Of a stretch of DNA of 64,000 bases, positions 58,549 through 64,000 are shown piece after piece. Origin of the DNA: Candidatus Multivoradales bacterium (GTDB lineage Bacteria; Acidobacteriota; Thermoanaerobaculia; Multivoradales; Multivoraceae); contig CBDCWI010000002.1 in assembly GCA_965223325.1 (NCBI GenBank), positions 3,744,001 through 3,808,000 on the forward strand. Direction: 5' to 3'. Below the pieces are notes generated by a model, which made no database searches, had not been told where the DNA came from, and saw nothing but the letters and a program-made list of their open reading frames with translations. The first letter of the stretch is position 1. Each line of letters begins with the position of its first letter. Made by a program: the position numbers and the translations under genes.

Positions 58549-59403
58549 CTAGTATTTCTCGTGACGATCTTCCGCTTCGAGTGGTCCAGGAGTCCGCGCG
58601 ATCACCAGAACGGCCAGCTCGCGTGCCCCCGTGTTCCGTAGGCCGGCGGCGGCGGCACGGAGCGTCGCACCGGTAGTGACGACGTCGTCGATGAGCAGGA
58701 TGCGCTCATTGTGCAACCGTGCCGCCGCTGGCGTGGCCACGAAGGCTCGCCGAAGGTGTTTGTGGCGGTCGCTCCGCGGCAGGGTCGACTGCGGTGGTCC
58801 CGGGCGCACGCGGCAGAGGGCGCCGATGAGCGGTCGATTGAGCCGCCGGGCGACGTGCCGCGCCAGGGAGTGCGCCTGGTCGAACCCGCGCGTTACGAGA
58901 CGACGGCGGTGTAGCGGCACGGCAACGACCCGGGTAAAGCGCACCAGGTTCTCCGCGTGGCGCTCCCAGAGCGCGTCGGCGAGTGGCTGCGCGAGGGCTT
59001 CGCGGTGCGAGAACTTGTAGGCGTGGATGAGCGCAACCATGGGCTGGCGGTAGGCCCAACCGACGTAGAGGTCGCGCCAGGGAGGTGGCTGTGCCAGACA
59101 GTGACCGCAGTGAACCAGGAGCCGCTTCGTAGGTCGTCCGCACGACCGGCAGCCCGGTCGAGGAGGTGAAACCAGAGCCGCGTGACACTCGCGGCACAAG
59201 CCGAGCGCCCGGCGTTGGGCCGGTGCACCGCACGCTGGGCAGGGGCTCGGCAGGAAGAGTTCGAAAGCCGAACGAGCGTGCGCCAACCAGCGCGTGCCGG
59301 GAGCCCCCAGGCCCGCCTGCCGCGCGAATCCCAACGGTCGCCGCTCGACATCCGTAAACTCGGCGAGCGAAGCAATCCAGCTCGCCCTGCTTTTTCCCCG
59401 CAC
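58549..59403 (-). CDS. comF: ComF family protein (double zinc ribbon + PRTase)
   Basis: CPAC, CREC, CRSC, CGHC; VPLH..RGFDQA; LIDDVVTTGATL; start uncertain. Confidence 0.9.
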   Translation of the reverse strand: MRGKSRASWIASLAEFTDVERRPLGFARQAGLGAPGTRWLAHARSAFELFLPSPCPACGAPAQRRALGLCRECHAALVSPPRPGCRSCGRPTKRLLVHCGHCLAQPPPWRDLYVGWAYRQPMVALIHAYKFSHREALAQPLADALWERHAENLVRFTRVVAVPLHRRRLVTRGFDQAHSLARHVARRLNRPLIGALCRVRPGPPQSTLPRSDRHKHLRRAFVATPAAARLHNERILLIDDVVTTGATLRAAAAGLRNTGARELAVLVIARTPGPLEAEDRHEKY

Positions 59404-59536
59404 CTCACCCCCCTGCTCGACCGGCTTGCCGGTCGTGTTTCTCGATGAGGTTTCTCTGCTCGCGGGAGCCGCTGGCTCTCGCTGCGTTGTCCTCTCGCTC
59501 TATAGAGACGCAAACCCCGTGGATATACTGACTTTG

Positions 59537-60142
59537 ATGAACATTTCGCCGCTTGGAACCTCGCCTGGAACTCCCCGGCCCCTCCCCGCACGACTGCTAA
59601 TCTGGCTCGCCCCCGTCGCTCTTCTCGCCGGTCTCCTGGCCCTTCCCGGCGCCGCCAGCGCCCAGGACGATCGCTACAGCTTTCACGCTTCGGCGAGTCT
59701 CGGCATCGGCGGGTCGCTCGACGCCAACCCCGATCCCGGTTTCGATGGCGAGTCCTTCCAACTCGGTTTCTCGTGGGTGACCCAGCCGCGCACCCGGGTA
59801 GGCATTCGGGTCGGCCAGCTCGACTTTGGTGCCGAGGAGCAACTCGAGAACCTGCTTGGCGCTGAGCTCAGTTGGGTGAATATTTCGGGCGAATACCGCT
59901 ACTGGGACCGCTTCTACGAGTCCGGGATCTTCGTCGGGCTCGGGCTCTACGACATGGACGGCCTGGCGCTCGACGGGAGCGACGGCAGCGATGAAGCGAT
60001 TGGCATCGTGGTCGGGGTGACCGGGGACTTTCCGATTACCCAACACTTCAGTGCCCAGATCGAGCTTGCGGGTCACTGGGCTGAACTCGACGGTACCCAG
60101 CTCTTCGGCACCCTGCATGGCGGCGTGTCCTACTCGTTCTGA
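59537..60142 (+). CDS. Small outer-membrane beta-barrel protein
   Basis: Signal peptide ending ASA-Q; alternating strands; C-terminal GVSYSF; start placed at ATG 59537. Confidence 0.7.
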   Translation: MNISPLGTSPGTPRPLPARLLIWLAPVALLAGLLALPGAASAQDDRYSFHASASLGIGGSLDANPDPGFDGESFQLGFSWVTQPRTRVGIRVGQLDFGAEEQLENLLGAELSWVNISGEYRYWDRFYESGIFVGLGLYDMDGLALDGSDGSDEAIGIVVGVTGDFPITQHFSAQIELAGHWAELDGTQLFGTLHGGVSYSF

Positions 60143-60169
60143 GACCGGGGTGGCAGAACCCTCCCTCGA

Positions 60170-60199
60170 TTGACAAGCAGAAGGCGCCGAAGCTACTCT
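60170..60199 (+). promoter_or_regulatory. sigma70-type promoter of tRNA-Ala
   Basis: TTGACA-N18-TACTCT followed by a GC-rich discriminator. Confidence 0.65.
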
Positions 60200-60210
60200 G
60201 CCCTGCCCGT

Positions 60211-60286
60211 GGGGCCGTAGCTCAGTTGGGAGAGCGCCTGAATGGCATTCAGGAGGTCGTCGGTTCGATCCCGATCGGCTCCACCA
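60211..60286 (+). tRNA. tRNA-Ala(GGC)
   Basis: GGGGCCG acceptor with G3:U70, CCTGA-ATGGCAT-TCAGG anticodon arm, GGTTCGATC T-loop, encoded CCA. Confidence 0.98.
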
Positions 60287-60468
60287 TTGTTCCTGCCGCG
60301 AGTCTCTGCCGCGGACCATGTCCCCTCCCACCGACGACGGGGCATCTTCCGGCAGATCGACGCTCAGCCGGCCAGGCGCTCCGGTCGCGACTTCCAACCG
60401 GTCGGTCGCGCCGTTCGGCGAATCCTGCGCTCGGGAGGCCCGCGGCACGGCCCGGGCCCGAGATTGGT

Positions 60469-60495
60469 TGAAACAAACCCGCTCCGTCTGACGTC
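60469..60495 (+). promoter_or_regulatory. Possible ECF sigma promoter
   Basis: TGAAAC-N17-CGTC upstream of two exported hypothetical genes. Confidence 0.35.
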
Positions 60496-60591
60496 TTCTG
60501 AGTACACCCGGCACGGGTGGAACCCGAAAACGCAATGAACTGTGCCGTGCTCGGGATCGCGATGATTCGAACCAACAGGAGTCGCCAGGCC

Positions 60592-61182
60592 ATGAACCGA
60601 ACCACCCCAGAGAACAGTCCGTCTCGCCGTACCAACGCGCGCACCGCCATGATCGCGATTGGTTTTCTCATTGTGGGGCTGTTTCTCGCGGCTCCAGGCC
60701 TCGCGTCTGACCGCTGGTTCCACGTGCGCGTTGAAGAAGACTCAGGCGCCGAGGTCAATGTCAACCTGCCGCTCTCCCTCATCGAGTCGGCGATCAAACT
60801 GGTCCCTGAAGAAGCCGGTGAAGAGGTCTACATCGAGCTCAACGAAGAAGGCTTCGACGTCGACGAGCTGCGTCAACTCTGGCAGGAAGTGCGCAACACC
60901 GCCGATGCCACCTTCCTGACCGTCAAGGACCACGGAACCACCGTGGAAGTCCGCAAGGAAGGCAACTACTTCGTCGCTGAGACCGTCGAGGGCACCGAGT
61001 ACGGCGCCCAGGTCAACGTGCGGTTCCCGCTCGAGGTCGTCGACGCGCTGTTCTCCGGCCCACGCGGCACGCTCGATCTCGCCGCGGCGATTCGCGCCCT
61101 GGCCGAGGTCGGTGATGGCGACATGGTGACGATCCAGGACCGCGACGCGCGGGTGCGCGTCTGGGTCGACGATTCGAACTAA
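60592..61182 (+). CDS. Exported hypothetical protein
   Basis: RBS AGGAG; signal peptide; internally repeated VNVNLPL/VNVRFPL module. Confidence 0.75.
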   Translation: MNRTTPENSPSRRTNARTAMIAIGFLIVGLFLAAPGLASDRWFHVRVEEDSGAEVNVNLPLSLIESAIKLVPEEAGEEVYIELNEEGFDVDELRQLWQEVRNTADATFLTVKDHGTTVEVRKEGNYFVAETVEGTEYGAQVNVRFPLEVVDALFSGPRGTLDLAAAIRALAEVGDGDMVTIQDRDARVRVWVDDSN

Positions 61183-61194
61183 GGGAGAGCGCCC

Positions 61195-61671
61195 ATGTTC
61201 AAGTTCTTCGGCATTGTCGTAGCAATGGGTCTCTCGACCCTTTTCTTCGGCATGGCCGGGTGCACGGCCTGGGTCGCCACCGGCGGTGTCGCGACAGTCT
61301 CCGTCGACACGCCCGAGGCGAACATCTACCTCCCCGTTCCCACCCGCCTGGTCGACCTTGGTCTCGACGCAGCGTTCATCGGAGCTGCCGATGAGCGCTT
61401 GGCTCTCCAGGCCGAAATGCAGCGTGAGCTCGGTGACCTCGACATCGAAGTTGGCGAGTTCGTCCGCGAGGTCTTAGACGAAGTTTCCGACATGCCCAAC
61501 GGCGCGCTCGTCGAAGTCCACGGGCCAGACGGTGAGGATGTGTGGATCGGCAAGAGCCGCGGTCGCTTTCTCGTCAAAGTCGATGCTCCGGACGCGCGGG
61601 TTCGCGTTTCCATACCCGCCCGTTCCGCCAAGCGCATCGGCAACCGGGCGCTTACGGTCGCGGGTCTATAG
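61195..61671 (+). CDS. Membrane-anchored hypothetical protein (possible lipoprotein)
   Basis: RBS GGGAG; N-terminal hydrophobic segment with MAGC; modules resembling those of the upstream protein. Confidence 0.7.
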   Translation: MFKFFGIVVAMGLSTLFFGMAGCTAWVATGGVATVSVDTPEANIYLPVPTRLVDLGLDAAFIGAADERLALQAEMQRELGDLDIEVGEFVREVLDEVSDMPNGALVEVHGPDGEDVWIGKSRGRFLVKVDAPDARVRVSIPARSAKRIGNRALTVAGL

Positions 61672-61683
61672 CGGCCGTAGCTG

Positions 61684-62307
61684 CTAGCCCTCGGTGGTCC
61701 GGGCGCGTTCAAGAAGCGCTCGCCACCCGTCGGCTTGTTCTCTGAGCGTCGCATCCGGTCCGACCGCGCGCAGATACCAGGGCCCACCTGCGCCCTCGAT
61801 CACCGCACCGTAGAGCGTGTAGCCCGGAAGGTCCTCAGTCGGAAACGAGCCGATGCCGCTCTTCTTGAGCGTGCCCGAAGTCGCCACCGTGTGGACCTCA
61901 ATGCCCTGGCCACCGAAACGATCGCGCGCCGGTTCACTACCCCCGGCGATCTGCCCGACCCAGCGCCCCAAGTTGGCGTCGACTCCCCCGCCGCCGCCAA
62001 CGCCGAAGTGAAAGAGCGCCACCCGCCCAGGCCCACCGGAGCCAGGAATGCTCAGCTGGGCGAGCCGCATGGCGGAGTCGGGCTCGACCGAAGACCAGCC
62101 CTCCGGGAGCTCGAGCCTGAGACCGGCAGCTTCGATGAATCGGCCCTCAGAATCAGCCGCCGCTTCAGGAGGCGGAGTTGCAGCCGCCACCGGCGGATTG
62201 GTTACAGCGTCGGACGACGGTTCAGCAACCGGCTCGAGGTCTGAGCAGCCGAAGCTGGCGACCAGGAGCGGCGCGATGAGGAAGGTCTGGATCGTGGGGG
62301 CTTTCAT
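61684..62307 (-). CDS. Putative lipoprotein
   Basis: Lipobox-like SFGC; Pro/Ala linker; LPEGW...MRLAQ...GGGVDANLGRWVGQ motif. Confidence 0.72.
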   Translation of the reverse strand: MKAPTIQTFLIAPLLVASFGCSDLEPVAEPSSDAVTNPPVAAATPPPEAAADSEGRFIEAAGLRLELPEGWSSVEPDSAMRLAQLSIPGSGGPGRVALFHFGVGGGGGVDANLGRWVGQIAGGSEPARDRFGGQGIEVHTVATSGTLKKSGIGSFPTEDLPGYTLYGAVIEGAGGPWYLRAVGPDATLREQADGWRALLERARTTEG

Positions 62308-62466
62308 TTCGGGGCATGTTCCCACACTGTCAGCGCCACGGTTGGCTTCGCGACCGTTCGCTGCGGGCAGGTTGAGCCAGCCCGTATTTTGAAGACACCG
62401 AGAAAGGCCTGAAAACGGCGAGTGTTTGTTCGATGCCGAGACGACGAAGGAAGTTCGACCGGGGAG

Positions 62467-62967
62467 TACCTGAGCGTTACCGCCGCAGGTGGTAGGTCGA
62501 CGACCGGTAGTTCAAGCTCACCCGCATCCGGGTTTCCGAAGAAGTGTTGGCGGCGGGTAGTCCGGCCGCAGGCCGAATGGCGCAAGCGCATGGGAATCGT
62601 TACCTGAGCGTTACCGCCGCAGGCGGTACGGCGACGACCGTTAGTTCAAGGTCATCCGCATCCGGGTTTCCGAAGAAGTGTAGGCGGCGGGTAGTCCGGC
62701 CGCAGGCCGAATGGCGGAAGCGCATGGGAATCGTTACCTGAGCGTTACCGCCGCAGGCGGTACGGCGACGACCGTTAGTTCAAGGTCATCCGCATCCGGG
62801 TTTCCGAAGAAGTGTAGGCGGCGGGTAGTCCGGCCGAAGGCCGAATGGCGGAAGCGCATGGGAATCGTTACCTGAGCGTCACCGCCGCAGGCGGTAAGGC
62901 GACGACCGGATTCCCAAGCGCATCCGCATCCGGCCGAAGGCCGAATGGCGGAAGCGCATGGGAATCG
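62467..62967. repeat. 134-bp tandem array; every unit carries the 3' 22 nt of tRNA-Sec
   Basis: Units start at 62467, 62601, 62735, 62869 (last unit 34 bp shorter); TGGCGGAAGCGCATGGGAATCG at 62578 (1 mismatch), 62712, 62846 and 62946 (the tRNA itself). Confidence 0.97.
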
Positions 62968-63045
62968 AACCCACCCACGACAAAGCATCCCCTGCCGCAC
63001 TACGGTTTTGAAGACCGCGGGAGGCACCAGCCCCCGAGCGCTTCC
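62946..63045 (-). tRNA. selC: tRNA-Sec (UCA)
   Basis: 8-bp acceptor GGAAGCGC/GCGCTTCC, 6-bp D stem with TGGT loop, anticodon loop CTTCAAA, long variable arm, 5-bp T stem, GCCA end. Confidence 0.96.
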
Positions 63046-63230
63046 TTACAGTCGAACCCGAAACGGTACCACCAGGACGGCCGATCGGTCTGACGCCGCG
63101 ACTGAAAAGAAAAACCGCCAGCTTGCGTCTCCTACCTGTGGAGGAGGAGTTGGACACCCGTTGCCACCACCTTCGTGGAGCACTGCGACGCGGTGTCGCG
63201 CCCTCCACTCACCGAAAAGGGAGACAGCAG

Positions 63231-64000
63231 ATGAAAACACAGGGCCGAGTGCCTTCGCCCTTCCTCGAGAAGATGAGGCGTGAGATCCGCGTGCGCCAGC
63301 TCAGCTACGCCACCGAGAAGACGTACCTAACCTGGACGAAGCGATACATCCTCTACCACCAGAAGCGCCATCCCGGGGAAATGGGCGCCAACGAAGTCGC
63401 CGAGTTCCTGACCCATCTCGCCGCTGACCGGAGGGTCGCAAAGGCCACACAGAACCAGGCACTCAACGCGCTCGTCTTCCTCTACCGCTACGTTGTCAAG
63501 GCCCCGCTCGCCAATATCGATGCGCTGAGGTCTCGCAAGCCTCGAAACCTGCCAGTCGTTCTGACTCGCGGCGAAGTGGCGCTGGTCCTGGCGGGAATGC
63601 AGGGCGCACCCAAGCTGGTAGCCAGCTTGCTGTACGGGAGCGGCCTCCGTCTTACCGAGGCGCTACGACTGCGCATCAAGGACATCGATTCCGAGCGCCG
63701 CATCGTCACCGTACGCCGAGGCAAGGGCGACACCGACCGCGTTACCCTGCTTCCCGAGAGCCTCCTTCCCGCCCTCCAGGAGCAGATCCAACGCAGTCGA
63801 GACGAGTACAGAAACGCCAGCAACGGCGACGGTGTCTCGCTGCCCGCCGCTCTGGCCGACAAGTATCCAAACGCAGCCAAGGAGTGGCCCTGGTACTGGC
63901 TCTTCCCTTCAACCAAACTCGCCCGAGACCCCCGGAGCGGGCGAACCCTTCGGCACCACCTGAGCACCAGCGCCATCCAGAAGGCCGTTCGACGAGCGGT
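63231..64000 (+). CDS. intI: Integron integrase (IntI-type tyrosine recombinase), 5' part; absent from the ORF track because it runs off the window
   Basis: Translated from ATG 63231: IRVRQLSYATEKTY..W, HPGEMG..EV..FLTHLA, ATQNQALNALVFLY, LPVVLT, LLYGSGLR, GKG, and the integron-specific insert VSLPAALADKYPNAAKEWPWYWLFPS...RHH. Confidence 0.93.
   Translation, partial: MKTQGRVPSPFLEKMRREIRVRQLSYATEKTYLTWTKRYILYHQKRHPGEMGANEVAEFLTHLAADRRVAKATQNQALNALVFLYRYVVKAPLANIDALRSRKPRNLPVVLTRGEVALVLAGMQGAPKLVASLLYGSGLRLTEALRLRIKDIDSERRIVTVRRGKGDTDRVTLLPESLLPALQEQIQRSRDEYRNASNGDGVSLPAALADKYPNAAKEWPWYWLFPSTKLARDPRSGRTLRHHLSTSAIQKAVRRA

Noticed and set aside
60211-62466. Genomic island integrated at tRNA-Ala
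   Set aside because: No duplicated tRNA-Ala 3' end was found and no compositional shift is evident.
62467-62967. CRISPR array or attC cassette array
   Set aside because: Sequences between the tRNA-derived repeats are near-identical rather than unique spacers, and there are no cas genes. The units lack paired RYYYAAC/GTTRRRY boxes and carry no ORF cassettes.
63488-63976. 162-aa minus-strand ORF
   Set aside because: Antisense shadow of the integron integrase.

Overview
High-GC (about 65% by eye) bacterial chromosomal window, probably Acidobacteriota (Thermoanaerobaculia-like). That placement is inferred only from gene content: GWxTD/VWA proteins, an Oar-like TonB receptor, a CRTAC1/ASPIC protein and a C-terminal FxDxFE motif. 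It begins with the 3' half of an alternative complex III operon (actC-D-E-F), followed by narK, a membrane cytochrome b/multiheme c fusion and a CRTAC1-like protein. Next come secreted peptidases, a TonB receptor, a mycobacterial-type ICL2, housekeeping genes (argS, apgM, eda, maf, iscS-like, mnmA, rsmI, prmC, prfA, comF), two GWxTD-Ig-VWA paralogs and a sigma54 two-component pair. It ends with tRNA-Ala(GGC), tRNA-Sec and a partial integron-type integrase. The most unusual features are two non-coding tandem arrays. (1) A 134-bp array in which every unit carries the 3' 22 nt of tRNA-Sec; it lies directly downstream of selC and divergent from the IntI-like gene, where an integron cassette array would normally be. 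(2) A 272-bp x3.15 array that captures the 3' end of the sigma54 regulator gene, next to a 67-bp frameshifting duplication. Both arrays also contain an inverted copy of the 3' end of the upstream gene. All calls come from reading motifs by eye; no database searches were run.
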